A DNA stretch of 64,000 nt from positions 36,949-100,948 of the forward strand of contig JAHBXG010000004.1 in the NCBI GenBank assembly GCA_019636565.1. Direction: 5' to 3'. Below the pieces are notes generated by a model that was not told where the DNA came from, did not search any database, and saw only the letters and a program-made list of their open reading frames with translations. Of this stretch, positions 1-9,908 are shown piece after piece. The first letter of the stretch is position 1. Every line of letters begins with the position of its first letter. The DNA is from Phycisphaeraceae bacterium. GTDB lineage: Bacteria > Planctomycetota > Phycisphaerae > Phycisphaerales > UBA1924. A program made the position numbers and the translations under genes.

Positions 1-1130
1 TCAATCCACCCGCCGCCCGGTTTCACAGTCGCTTCGATCCAGCGCTCCACTTCGGGGCGCTTCACCAACTTCGCGAATGACTCAATCGTTTGCTCACGCA
101 CAAACTCCGCGAGCGCCGACACCAACTTCACCACCGAAGCCCGCCCGATCTCCTCACCGGCCGCATCATGAAACGCGAGCCCATCGACCCCCGCCGCCGC
201 AAGCGCAAGCTCCTTCGCGATCGCCGGCTCGGGAGCACAAACAGTGACATCGCGTGCCGACACATCGTGTGCCTCGCCTGTCCACGCCGCGATGCGGCCG
301 ACCACCCGCCTCGCCCCATCGCGCAGATCCTCCGCGAACTCAACATGGCGGGCATCGATCGCAACTCGTTCTCGCATCCCGCTCAGCACACATCCGTATT
401 CATCGAGACCGCCCGCTTCGTCCTCCGGCGCAAACACCAGCGCGCAAACCTGCAGCCCGCTCCTCGCGAGCGCTTCCCGCGAGGCGCGATCGAGCTCGAC
501 AACACCGATGAGCACGATTTCCGAGTACCCCTCGGCAGGTACGGGCGCCCCGCTTCGCAAAAGTTCCAGGCGCGCCGCATATCCGTCCCGCACTCCCGCA
601 CCCACCAGCAAATCTTCGTAAGTACTCTGCGCCGCACCGATACTCCGCCACCGCGGCCCCTCTCCCGAATCCTGCATCGCGTCCGCGCGTTCCGCAACCT
701 CCTTTGGCGTCAGCAGTTCACGACCCAGTTCTCCCACCGAGAAATCCACCATGGCACCCAGCCTCAACCACTCCCCGGCGCTCTCGTCGCTTGGTCTTCG
801 CTTCAGAATCGCACCGAAATCAGCAGTCGGCAGCCGCCGAAGCGCCTCTCCCCAAGCCATCGCGCGCAGCAACGCCGACGCACGCTCCGCACCCCCGTCG
901 AGCAACAGCGCACTCAACTCCCCCGGTGTGATCACCCGCCCGGGCGAGACCCACGCGTCGGTCTTTTCGCCGATGCCGACCATCTCCGCGACCAGTTCGC
1001 GCCCGAACCGCCGACCGGGTACAACTACAAGCGCGCGTTGAAAATCAATACCTTTCCCCGAAGCATTCGTCGCAAAGCGCGATGCCAGCCATGCCGCGGC
1101 ACTCTCAACCAGCGGTCGCTCCCAGCCCAT
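1..1130 (-). CDS. Partial CDS (3' end runs off the window): AddB-like / PD-(D/E)XK nuclease-family protein N-terminal region (function tentative)
   Basis: Absent from the ORF track because it has no stop in the window. I hand-translated the minus strand from ATG at 1130 (MGWERPLVESAAAWLASRFATNASGKGIDFQRALVVVPGRRFGRELVAEMVGIGEK...). I checked it codon by codon down to about position 360 and found no stop. The composition is protein-like, whereas plus-strand ORF 90..1166 is an Arg/Pro-rich shadow. The N-terminus resembles AddB-type inactivated-helicase N-termini; this comes from memory of the family, not a search. Confidence 0.6.
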   Translation of the reverse strand, partial: MGWERPLVESAAAWLASRFATNASGKGIDFQRALVVVPGRRFGRELVAEMVGIGEKTDAWVSPGRVITPGELSALLLDGGAERASALLRAMAWGEALRRLPTADFGAILKRRPSDESAGEWLRLGAMVDFSVGELGRELLTPKEVAERADAMQDSGEGPRWRSIGAAQSTYEDLLVGAGVRDGYAARLELLRSGAPVPAEGYSEIVLIGVVELDRASREALARSGLQVCALVFAPEDEAGGLDEYGCVLSGMRERVAIDARHVEFAEDLRDGARRVVGRIAAWTGEAHDVSARDVTVCAPEPAIAKELALAAAGVDGLAFHDAAGEEIGRASVVKLVSALAEFVREQTIESFAKLVKRPEVERWIEATVKPGGGWI

Positions 1131-1241
1131 GAAAATTCGTTCAATCAACCGCCACACTCCGTTTGAACGCACCCGCCAAGCTGTGGTACGGTATCAGTTC
1201 TATTCTCACTCTTTGGGCCCCGTCCAACGAAAGAACAAAGC

Positions 1242-4200
1242 ATGATCACCAAGCGTTCCGCCAAGATCGCAGCTCTTATTCTCGCCGCCGGTTCAGCGAT
1301 GTATTCATTCGGACAAGGCGCCGCGCCGACTCCGCCCCCTCGTACCGGCTTGATCCAGCAACCGAGCATCAGCCCCGACGGGCAACTTCTCGTCTTTTCT
1401 TCCGGGGGCGATCTTTGGGCCGTCGCACGCACAGGAGGCACCGCGACGCGGCTCACCTCACAAAGCGCAGAAGAACGCGGTTCGGTCTTTTCGCCCGACG
1501 GAAAATGGCTGGCATTCGAATCCGAACGCGATGGCCCGCGGACGATTTACATCGCCTCGATCGAGCGCACCCCGACGGGTGTTGCCCTCGGGCCGATCCG
1601 GAGGGTCACCACCACCGACCGCGCCCAGAATTTGACCGGCTTCACACCCGACAGCAAATTCGTCACCTTTTCCTCGAGCAACGAACCGAGCATCTACCGC
1701 TCGAATCGGCTCTACAAGGCGCCGGTCGAGGGTGGACCGACTGAGCGACTGACCGGCGCTTTCGGCACGTTCCCACGCGTGTCTCCCGATGGTTCGTTCA
1801 TCGTGTTTACACACGGGCGTGCGGATTTCAACCGGCCCAAGTACAACGGTTCGGGCGCGCCCGATCTGTGGAAGATGAATGTCGCCACCGGTCAGTTCGA
1901 GCGCCTCACATCCGATCCGCGCTCGGATGCCGACGGCTGGCCATTGCCGGACGGTTCGGTCGTCTACCTGTCTTCGAAGTCGGGTGAGTTCAACCTCCGC
2001 CGCATTCCCGCCGGGCAGACCGATGCGCAAGCAACCGACCTCACGAATTTCCAGCCAACCGAAAGCGAACTCACAATCGGCCATGGCGCCCGCGACCTCA
2101 CCGTCAATGCGGCGGGCGACACCGCAACCTTTGTGGTGTGGGACACCTTGTACACGCTCGACCTGAAGACCCCCGGCGCGAAGCCTCAGCCCGTGGCGAT
2201 TGTCTTCTCCGGCGACTTCGCCGATCTTGATACCCAGCGCCTCAATCTTGGCAAAGAGGTATCAGAGCAGGCGGTCAGCCCGGACGGAAAGACCCTGGCC
2301 GTCATCGCCCGCGGCCAGATCTTCGTGCGCTCCACCGAGGAGAACTTCCCCACCCGCAGAGTCACGCTCGGGTCCGGTCGTGCGCGGGGCCTGGCCTGGT
2401 CGCCCGACAACCGAGTTCTCTTTTTCGCATCGGATGACACGGGCACGTATCAGCTTTACTACGCCACGGTCGCCCTCTCGAAGTCCGATCTCGCCCCACC
2501 AGAAGAAAAGAAAGACGACAAGAAGGGCGATTCCAAGCCCGACGAGAAGAAACCGGACAAGGCAGACGATGCAAAGCCGGCAGACGCCGACAAGAAGGAC
2601 GGCGCCGACGATTCCAAGAAAGATGAAAAGAAGGACGACAAACCCAAGATCGACTTCGCCAAGCGCTGGTCGGAAGCAATTACTTTCGATATTCATCCGC
2701 TCACGCCATCAAACTTGTCGCCGGGGAAGAACGACGGCATCTTCGGTCCGGAATTCCGCGATCCGACTCCTTCGCCCGATGGAAAGCAACTGATCTTTAC
2801 GAGAGGCCTGGGCGACGTAATCCTGATGGACCTCACGTCAAGAGACTGCCGCGTCCTGTGGAACGGCTGGAACTCGCCCGAAATCCTGTGGGCGCCCGAT
2901 TCACGTCACATTCTCTACGAAACCCAGGATCTGGATTTTAATTCCGATATCTGGCTGCTCGACACCAAGCCCGGCGACGACGGCAAAGTTCCTGTGGCGG
3001 CCAATCTGACCCGCCACCCCGATCTCGACGTCTCGCCTCGGCTCTCCGCCGACGGCAAGGTTCTGTATTTCCAGAGTGAGCGCGCCGAGCAGAACAATCA
3101 GTACCAGGTCTACGCGTTGGCACTCGACAAATCGCTCGATGCGCTGCGTCCGTACGAACTCGAGGAATACTTCAAGAAAGCCGCGGAGGCCGCCAAGAAG
3201 CGCAAGCCGATCGACCCCGTCATGTGGGACAAGCCCACCGCCGCCGATGCAAACCCGGAAGGTGAGAAGAAGGAAGACAAGAAAGCCGAAGCCGCCAAGC
3301 CTCTCCACTTTGATACCGAGGATGCGTATCTGCGCATCCGGCGCGTCACCAGCGGTATCCCTCTGTCGTCTTCCCAACTGGCCATCACGCCCGCCGGTGA
3401 TCGCATCATCTTCTCCGCAACCGGCGATCCCGATCCGTCGCTGGTCTCTGTTTCCTACAAGGGCGATGACCGCAAGTCCATTCAATCGGGCTCGGTCTCC
3501 AATATTTCTGTTTCTCTCACGGGCGACAAGGTCTTCTTCATCCGTCAAGGCACTGTTTCGTCCGCGCCGCCCTCTGGCGGCAAGACAGAGCCGCTCCCGA
3601 TCGATGCGCCATTCGTTGTAGATGTCGCAGCGCAGCAGCGGCAAAAGTTCATGGAAGCCGCCAGAATTCTCGGCAATTTGTTCTATCACCCCACTCTCAA
3701 GGGGCTGAACTGGACCGGCCTGGCCGACCGCTACGTGACGCTCGCGCAGTCCACTCGAACCGTGGGCGAGTTCGCACGGGTCACCATGATGCTCTTCGGA
3801 GAACTCGAAGGGTCGCATGTCGGCGTCTTCCCGCCGCCGGGCAGCGCGCCCGCCCAGCTGGCGGTTGGCTATCTGGGCCTCGATACCAAGCCAGTCCCGG
3901 GCGGCTTCGAAGTCGTCCGCATCCTCCCGCGCTCGCCCGCCGACAACTCGCTGGCCGGTGAAGAAAAAGTCCGGGCGATGCGACTCTCGGTCGGCGACGT
4001 CATCACCGCCATTGATGGACAACCGCTCGCCGGGAATCCCTCGACGATGCCGAATACCGATCTCGCCGCGGCACTCGTCGGCAAGGCCGGCAAAGAAACG
4101 TTGATTTCGTTCACCCGACGCGGCGATACTCCCGATCCGGCCACGAACGTGATCAAGCCGCGAGCGGTGCTCCTCACCCCCCTCTCGTCCGGTGCGGATG

Positions 4201-4856
4201 TTGACCTCCGCTACGAGGACGAAGCGCTGCGGCGCGCCCAACTTGTAGACAAACTCTCCGGAGGCAAACTTGGATACCTCCATATTCGCGCCATGGGTCA
4301 GGCTTCGGTGGACGACTACGAGCGAGATCTCTATGCCGCCGCCGACGGCAAACTCGGTTTAATCATCGATGTTCGAGACAATGGCGGCGGCAGCACAGCC
4401 GACATTCTCCTCGCCTCGCTGACCGCCCCTCGCCACGCCTACACGATTTCCCGTGGCGCCGACCCGGCCACCGTCAAGAAAGACGCCTACCCGCGCGACC
4501 GGCGACTCATCTACGGCTACTCGCGCGACATTTCGGTGCTGATCAACGAGAACTCGTTCTCCAACGCAGAGATTTTCGCTCACGCCATCAAGACCATCAA
4601 TCGCGGCAAACTCGTCGGAACTCCAACCTACGGCGGCGTCATCTCTACAGGCGCCGCAACGCTCATCGACGGGACGGCCGTCCGTACCCCCGGGCGCGGC
4701 TGGTACCTCGCCGCCGACAACGCCGACATGGAGAACAACGGAGCAAAGCCGGACATCAACGTGCCCCAAACCCCCGTCGAAGAAGCGGCAGAAAAGGATG
4801 CACAGCTGGAAGCCGCTGTGAAGGAACTGCTGGAGCGTGCGAAAGAGCCCAAGTGA
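1242..4856 (+). CDS. Tricorn protease homolog-like secreted protease (TolB/PD40 beta-propellers + PDZ + S41 peptidase)
   Basis: 1204-aa ORF starting at ATG 1242, with a signal-like N-terminus (MITKRSAKIAALILAAGSAMYSFGQG). It has repeated SPDG-type propeller motifs (SPDGQLLVF, SPDGKWLAF, SPDGSFIVF, SPDGKTLAV, SPDGKQLIF, SADGKVLYF). A PDZ-like segment is present (GFEVVRILPRSPAD...GDVITAIDGQPL). The C-terminus shows S41 motifs (GYLHIRAM, IIDVRDNGGGS, LINENSFSNAEIF). Confidence 0.9.
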   Translation: MITKRSAKIAALILAAGSAMYSFGQGAAPTPPPRTGLIQQPSISPDGQLLVFSSGGDLWAVARTGGTATRLTSQSAEERGSVFSPDGKWLAFESERDGPRTIYIASIERTPTGVALGPIRRVTTTDRAQNLTGFTPDSKFVTFSSSNEPSIYRSNRLYKAPVEGGPTERLTGAFGTFPRVSPDGSFIVFTHGRADFNRPKYNGSGAPDLWKMNVATGQFERLTSDPRSDADGWPLPDGSVVYLSSKSGEFNLRRIPAGQTDAQATDLTNFQPTESELTIGHGARDLTVNAAGDTATFVVWDTLYTLDLKTPGAKPQPVAIVFSGDFADLDTQRLNLGKEVSEQAVSPDGKTLAVIARGQIFVRSTEENFPTRRVTLGSGRARGLAWSPDNRVLFFASDDTGTYQLYYATVALSKSDLAPPEEKKDDKKGDSKPDEKKPDKADDAKPADADKKDGADDSKKDEKKDDKPKIDFAKRWSEAITFDIHPLTPSNLSPGKNDGIFGPEFRDPTPSPDGKQLIFTRGLGDVILMDLTSRDCRVLWNGWNSPEILWAPDSRHILYETQDLDFNSDIWLLDTKPGDDGKVPVAANLTRHPDLDVSPRLSADGKVLYFQSERAEQNNQYQVYALALDKSLDALRPYELEEYFKKAAEAAKKRKPIDPVMWDKPTAADANPEGEKKEDKKAEAAKPLHFDTEDAYLRIRRVTSGIPLSSSQLAITPAGDRIIFSATGDPDPSLVSVSYKGDDRKSIQSGSVSNISVSLTGDKVFFIRQGTVSSAPPSGGKTEPLPIDAPFVVDVAAQQRQKFMEAARILGNLFYHPTLKGLNWTGLADRYVTLAQSTRTVGEFARVTMMLFGELEGSHVGVFPPPGSAPAQLAVGYLGLDTKPVPGGFEVVRILPRSPADNSLAGEEKVRAMRLSVGDVITAIDGQPLAGNPSTMPNTDLAAALVGKAGKETLISFTRRGDTPDPATNVIKPRAVLLTPLSSGADVDLRYEDEALRRAQLVDKLSGGKLGYLHIRAMGQASVDDYERDLYAAADGKLGLIIDVRDNGGGSTADILLASLTAPRHAYTISRGADPATVKKDAYPRDRRLIYGYSRDISVLINENSFSNAEIFAHAIKTINRGKLVGTPTYGGVISTGAATLIDGTAVRTPGRGWYLAADNADMENNGAKPDINVPQTPVEEAAEKDAQLEAAVKELLERAKEPK

Positions 4857-5022
4857 TAGCCGAGCACGGCTCGGGCAATGCAAAGAGCACCGGAGCCGGC
4901 TCTGTCACTTGGCTTGGGTCACGCCAGGGCGAACGCACTGAGGGCCGCTGGAGGTCGCCCGGTCGCCCCTGATACTTTGTTTCCGGCGATCGCCCGGCCA
5001 ACTCTCGCTACGCTCTTGGTCC

Positions 5023-6093
5023 GTGTCGCCGCCCCCTTCACGCATTCTGATCATCCGGCCAAGCGCTCTTGGAGACGTCTGTCGCACTGTTCCAGCGCTC
5101 GTGTCGCTTCGCGCCACTTTTCCGCACGCGCAGATCGACTGGCTCGTGCAGGATGCGAACGCCGAAGCCATCCGACATCATCCGGCCCTCTCCAACGTCA
5201 TTGAATTTCGGAGGCGCCAACTCAGCGCCGGTTTTTCCCGCGGCACCACGACACCGCTTTTCAAGTTTCTGCGCCTTCTCCGTGAGAACAAGTACGATGT
5301 CGTGTACGACCTTCAGGGCTTGTTCCGCTCCGGCTTTCTCGCCTGGGCCACCCGCGCGCCGCGTCGAGTGGGCCTCAAGAACGCAAGAGAATTCGGATGG
5401 CTCGGACTGACCGATCGTTACGAGGCACCCTGGACTCTGCACGCCGTCGATCGCATGCTCGAAGTTCTGCGCCGCGATGGAATTGCCATCACCGTTGACA
5501 TGCGCCTTTATCCGTCCCCCGTGGCGCGAGAGCGCGTCGCGACCAATCCCGAGCTCCGCGCCGGCCCGTTCGCGATCGTCGCGCCCACCAGCCGCTGGCC
5601 CGCAAAGCGCTGGCCCGCCGAGCGTTTCGCAGCGGTCGTGTCCGGATTGCTCGCTCGTGGCTACTCCCGCGTTGTGCTTGTTGGGGCGCCCGGTGAGCGT
5701 GATCAATGCACGCCCCTCACAGAACTTGCTTCGCGCGAGCCGCGGGTTCTGGATCGCATCGGCGATACTTCGATCGCCGACCTGATGGCTCTGACCGAGG
5801 CGTCGTCGCTCGTCATCGCCAACGACTCCGCTGCAATCCATATGGCGGTTGGATTCAATCGCCCGCTTATAGGTTTGTACGGCCCCACCGCTCCGGGCGA
5901 GGACGGACCCTATCAGCGCGAGGCCGACGTCATTCATCACCCTGTGGAAGGCTCGATCAATCACAAGAATGTTGCCGCCAACGACCTTATGTTGCGCATC
6001 ACGACGGAGGAAGTACTCGGCCGCGTCCCATCTCCGTCCGCTGTTGTCAAAGACGCATCGCTTCTCTCCCAGCCGCGCAAACTCCCGTGCTGA
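5023..6093 (+). CDS. Glycosyltransferase family 9 (ADP-heptose:LPS heptosyltransferase-like)
   Basis: 356 aa with a GTG start at 5023. The N-terminus (RILIIRPSALGDVCRTVPAL) and C-terminus (LVIANDSAAIHMAVGFNRPLIGLYGPT) are typical of GT9 heptosyltransferases. Confidence 0.85.
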   Translation: MSPPPSRILIIRPSALGDVCRTVPALVSLRATFPHAQIDWLVQDANAEAIRHHPALSNVIEFRRRQLSAGFSRGTTTPLFKFLRLLRENKYDVVYDLQGLFRSGFLAWATRAPRRVGLKNAREFGWLGLTDRYEAPWTLHAVDRMLEVLRRDGIAITVDMRLYPSPVARERVATNPELRAGPFAIVAPTSRWPAKRWPAERFAAVVSGLLARGYSRVVLVGAPGERDQCTPLTELASREPRVLDRIGDTSIADLMALTEASSLVIANDSAAIHMAVGFNRPLIGLYGPTAPGEDGPYQREADVIHHPVEGSINHKNVAANDLMLRITTEEVLGRVPSPSAVVKDASLLSQPRKLPC

Positions 6094-6176
6094 TCAACCC
6101 TTTTCGCTGTGTCTGCTGAATCCTGGTTCGTTGTCCCCGTCGTGCAATCACGGCCCAGAGTCTTGTGGAACCCACC

Positions 6177-6722
6177 ATGCCCCGATCCATCGCAGTATTC
6201 TGTGGCGCCGCTCCCGGACGCAGTCCGATCTTCGCTTCCGCGGCTCGCGAACTTGGCGGTGCGATCGCCCGATCCGACCGCACGCTGGTCTATGGCGGAG
6301 GCAGCGTCGGGCTCATGGGCGCGGTTGCGGATGGTGCGCTGGCTCATCAGGGGCGTGTCACCGGCGTGATCACTCACCAGTTGGTTGACAAGGAACTAGC
6401 GCACAAGTCCGTTGCCGACATGCGCATCGTCGCCACCATGCACGAACGCAAGATGACCATGGCCGGCATCGCCGACGCCTTCATCGCTCTTCCGGGTGGC
6501 TTCGGAACGCTCGATGAGTTCTTCGAGATACTGGCCTGGGCCCAGTTGCGGATCCACACCAAGCCCGTCGGGATGCTCGACGTCGATGGTTTCTTCGACC
6601 CTTTGATGACCTTTCTCGATCGCGCCGCCGACGCCGGGTTTCTGCGCCTTCCTCACCGCGAGTTCATCATCATCGACCCCGACCCGCAGTCTTTGCTCTC
6701 TCGGCTGGCGCAGGCCAAGTAA
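6177..6722 (+). CDS. LOG family protein (TIGR00730-type Rossmann fold nucleotide-binding protein)
   Basis: The sequence contains MPRSIAVFCGAAPG, LVYGGGSVGLMG and the PGGFGTLDEFFE motif. ATG 6177 is preferred over the in-frame GTG at 6165 listed in the track. Confidence 0.85.
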   Translation: MPRSIAVFCGAAPGRSPIFASAARELGGAIARSDRTLVYGGGSVGLMGAVADGALAHQGRVTGVITHQLVDKELAHKSVADMRIVATMHERKMTMAGIADAFIALPGGFGTLDEFFEILAWAQLRIHTKPVGMLDVDGFFDPLMTFLDRAADAGFLRLPHREFIIIDPDPQSLLSRLAQAK

Positions 6723-7312
6723 GGATTTCGCCGGAAAGCAAGAGTCCCCCCCGTCACCCGCACCCGGGCCAATCCTGTAGTTACTGCTTTTTTGAACCAA
6801 AGCAGTGCGACAACGCACCCCCACTTTCCATTTTGCGAAATAGTGCTCTACCTCAATTGCCACAAGCACTTGCGGCCGAATTCGCGCACGTCGCAGTTAC
6901 GGTTATTTCGGGCCAATGGCGCTTCGCCTCCCCTTTGTAGAGGCCCCACAACAGCATCCCACACCCCGAATCTCCCATGCTCACCCAAATCATCACACGC
7001 TTGTTGTCATCCCAAGACGATCTCTCGGCCGTCGCCGCCGAGTTCTCGCTTTCGCTCTTCCAACTCGCGGAACTTCTCGACAGTCGCGAGGCGGCAGATT
7101 TCTTCGCCCTTCTCGCCCGCGTCGAACGAAAGCGTGCAAGTTTGTCCGCACGACGCGCCCAAGCCCGCGCCCTCGATGCGCTCGCGGATGTCGTCGCCTG
7201 CACCGAGTCATCTGTGGAATCCAGGCGCAAGGCGGCAGACCGCATTCTCCGCCATACCAAGCCCGTCAAGCGCCGCGCCCCGAGGCTCGATGCCTCAAAG
7301 CCTCTTTCAGAA

Positions 7313-7993
7313 TCATTCTCGTCGTCCGCACCCAACCCCGAACTCGCGGCAGATGGCATCGTCAGCACACCCGCCCCCGCGTGCCTTGCACACGGCCCTT
7401 CCGTGCCAGATCAACTCGTGCGAGAGTTCGCACCACCGCTCTCTCGGGAAGAGCGCCATCAGTTTCCGCTCGATAGTCCCGACATCGTCACCCTTCTTCG
7501 CGAGCCCGAACCGCACAGCCAGCCTCTGAATGTGCGTGTCGACAACGAAACCCTCGTTGAGACCGAACGCATTGCCGAGCACGACATTGGCCGTCTTCCG
7601 CGCGACGCCCGGCAGGCGGATTAACTCCTCCATCGTCCGTGGTACCTTGCCACCGAACTCCTCCACCAGCATGCGCGCCGTTCCGGAAATGCTCTTTGCC
7701 TTGTTTCGGAACAAGCCGATCGAGCGCAAGTACGGTTCCAATTCCGCGGGCGTGGCCTTCGCCATCGACGCGGCATCCGGAAAATCCCGAAAGAGCTCGG
7801 GTGTCACCTTGTTGACCGAGACGTCGGTTGCCTGAGCCGAAAGTATCGTCGCGATCAGCAACTCAAAGGCGTTGCGATGCACAAGTGCGCAGTGGGCCTG
7901 CGGATATTGCTTGCGGAGGGCGTTTGCCAATCGCATCGCCCGAGCTTTGGCTGGCCGCGTTGCCCCATGGTTTTCGGAATTCGCCGCTGGCAT
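7313..7993 (-). CDS. nth: Endonuclease III (DNA-(apurinic/apyrimidinic site) lyase)
   Basis: It has the HhH-GPD core (LLIATILSAQATDVSVNKV, LPGVARKTANVVLGNAFG, VDTHIQRL) and a C-terminal four-Cys cluster. ATG 7993 (MPAANSENHG...) gives 226 aa (227 codons including the stop), a typical Nth length. Upstream in-frame starts at 8080 and 8146 remain possible. Confidence 0.9.
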   Translation of the reverse strand: MPAANSENHGATRPAKARAMRLANALRKQYPQAHCALVHRNAFELLIATILSAQATDVSVNKVTPELFRDFPDAASMAKATPAELEPYLRSIGLFRNKAKSISGTARMLVEEFGGKVPRTMEELIRLPGVARKTANVVLGNAFGLNEGFVVDTHIQRLAVRFGLAKKGDDVGTIERKLMALFPRERWCELSHELIWHGRAVCKARGGGCADDAICREFGVGCGRRE

Positions 7994-8349
7994 AAGTGCA
8001 ACGTAGCCCCTCGCTTTCGTGCTTTTCGAGGTCCGGATAACATGCAGATTGACCGCAGACGCGTTGTTTTCATTGACCATTCCCCCATTCTCGATGAGAA
8101 TGAGGTGCCGGACTCCGCCCCCGGCTTCAGGAGGAGACAAGCCCACGCTTGTTTTCTATTTCCGCCCGCGCGGCGTACACGTTTTACGCGTGTACGCGTG
8201 CGCCGTCATTTCGGCGCACCACATGCGATCGCCGCCGAGAGGTGCCGATTGACGAACTTGCTTCCCTTCAACCACCGAGCCAAGTGGTGTTTGGCTCGGT
8301 GGTTCTTTTTGGGGAGCCAAACCGGCGTCGATCACCCACCTCGCGCAAG

Positions 8350-8423
8350 TATGCCCGACAGGAGTTGAACCTGTAACCTCTGCCTTCGGAGGGCAGCGCT
8401 CTATCCAGTTGAGCTACGGGCAC
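8350..8423 (-). tRNA. tRNA-Arg (anticodon CCG)
   Basis: I folded the minus-strand sequence GTGCCCGTAGCTCAACTGGATAGAGCGCTGCCCTCCGAAGGCAGAGGTTACAGGTTCAACTCCTGTCGGGCATA by hand. It gives a 7-bp acceptor stem, a GCTC/GAGC D-stem and a CTGCC/GGCAG anticodon stem with loop CTCCGAA (anticodon CCG). The T-arm is ACAGG-TTCAACT-CCTGT. Length is 74 nt with no encoded CCA. Confidence 0.9.
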
Positions 8424-8506
8424 ATCAGTGCATACTTGCCGCGTCCGGGCCCGCGGCAGCCCGATGCTACGATCGGCCCGTCGCGGAAGCAACCCGCCCC
8501 TCTCCC

Positions 8507-9841
8507 ATGTCCAATGCAATCCATTCCGATGCTCCGCGGACTTTGACCCCGGGGTCCGCATCCCTCACGCACTCTCGGCCCACCCCCCGACCCGCGGTCT
8601 ACGGCTTTACCTTCGTCAACAGCCTTTCCGCCGGACTCGTGACCAGCGGCATTTTCGTATTGACCGCCGAAGGCTTCGGGTTCTCCGCGCTCCAGAATTT
8701 TCTGCTTGGCGTGGTCCTCGGCGTGATGTACATCACCGGTGCGCTCGGTGCCCAGCGCTTCACGCGATTCCTGCGCCGGGTGATTCCCGGCCTGAACAGC
8801 CGCGGCATTTTGGTCTGCATCATGATCGCTCTGGGCGCGCTCACAACGCTCCCGGCACTGGTGTGCGGGCTCGGCAAGCCGGATCGCGCCGCCGGCGGCG
8901 AATGGTCAGTTTGGGTCATGATCGCGCTGTACAGCCCCATCACGGGCGTTCTCTGGCCGATGGTCGAGTCGTTTCTTTCCGGCGGCAGACGCGACAAGGA
9001 ACTCCGGGCCGCCATCGGGCTCTGGAACGTGCTCTGGAGCGGGTCGCTCGTCATCGGCGCCTGGGCCATTTCCCGCTTTGTCAAGGACGCTCCAGGCGCG
9101 GCGCTCGTTGCGCTTGGCCTGTTGCAAGTCGCCTCCATCGTGATACTCCGGTGGTTCCCGCGCGAGCCGGGTGTCCACGTCCACGAAACGCACGCACCAA
9201 CTCCTCCGATCTATGCCGATCTGCTCACCACTTTTCGGGTCTTCCTGCCTGCCTCCTATGTTGTCAGCAGCGCACTGGGGCCGATCCTTCCGCTGGCGTG
9301 CAACGCCATCGGCGTGCCCGCCGAGTGGCAGATGGTGGTCGCCTCTGCCTGGTTGCTGCCACGCTGCCTTGGTTTTCTGGCGCTCGAACGGTGGCACGGC
9401 TGGCACGGCCGCTGGTCCGCACCTGTCGTCGGGGGCGTGCTCTTCGCCGGCGGGTTCGCTCTCTCGATATTTGCATGGAGCATCGCAAAGAGAGCTCCGA
9501 CGGAGGGGCTCGATGGGAGAGCGCTCGGAATTCTGCTTCTCGGCCTCGCGTTGTTCGGCGTGGGAATGGCCATCATCTACGCCGGAGCGATTTATTACGC
9601 GATGGAAGTCGGCGCAGCGGAAGTCGAAGCTGGCGGAATGCACGAGGCGCTGATCGGCGTCGGCTACACCGGTGGACCGCTCCTCGGCGTGCTGGCCATC
9701 GGAGCCCAGTCGCAGGGCATTATCAGCGAGAACGCCGTGAGCACGTTCATCCTGACCGGCGTTCTGCTCGTGCTCCTTTTCGCTTCCGCCGTTGTGATCA
9801 AGCGAGTCCGCGACGGACACCGCAAGTATCGCCCCAAATAA
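8507..9841 (+). CDS. Polytopic membrane protein, MFS-like transporter (family not firmly identified)
   Basis: 444 aa starting at ATG 8507. At least 10 hydrophobic helices are spread along the whole length, with short basic loops (RFTRFLRRV, GGRRDKELR). Overlapping ORFs 8428..9906(+) and 8906..9820(-) are Arg-rich shadows. Confidence 0.7.
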   Translation: MSNAIHSDAPRTLTPGSASLTHSRPTPRPAVYGFTFVNSLSAGLVTSGIFVLTAEGFGFSALQNFLLGVVLGVMYITGALGAQRFTRFLRRVIPGLNSRGILVCIMIALGALTTLPALVCGLGKPDRAAGGEWSVWVMIALYSPITGVLWPMVESFLSGGRRDKELRAAIGLWNVLWSGSLVIGAWAISRFVKDAPGAALVALGLLQVASIVILRWFPREPGVHVHETHAPTPPIYADLLTTFRVFLPASYVVSSALGPILPLACNAIGVPAEWQMVVASAWLLPRCLGFLALERWHGWHGRWSAPVVGGVLFAGGFALSIFAWSIAKRAPTEGLDGRALGILLLGLALFGVGMAIIYAGAIYYAMEVGAAEVEAGGMHEALIGVGYTGGPLLGVLAIGAQSQGIISENAVSTFILTGVLLVLLFASAVVIKRVRDGHRKYRPK

Positions 9842-9908
9842 AGGTTGCGCCGGCCGCGAACGTACCGCAGCCGGCGCAACACATGGGTGGGCGCTGCAAA
9901 TGGTGAGA

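Noticed and set aside
90-1166. 358-aa plus-strand ORF at the window start
   Set aside because: The composition is extremely Arg/Pro/His-rich (RERRHQLHHRSPPD...). It is antisense to a well-behaved minus-strand reading frame that I translated by hand, so it is a shadow ORF.
2901-4283. 460-aa minus-strand ORF inside the tricorn-like gene (similarly 5038..5964 inside the GT9 gene)
   Set aside because: It is an Arg/Gly-rich antisense shadow of a gene with clear domain motifs.
8428-9906. 492-aa plus-strand ORF and the 304-aa minus-strand ORF 8906..9820
   Set aside because: Both are Arg/Pro-rich. Frame 8507..9841 gives a coherent polytopic membrane protein. The 8428 ORF would start only 5 nt from the tRNA-Arg gene (8350..8423), leaving no room for its own promoter.
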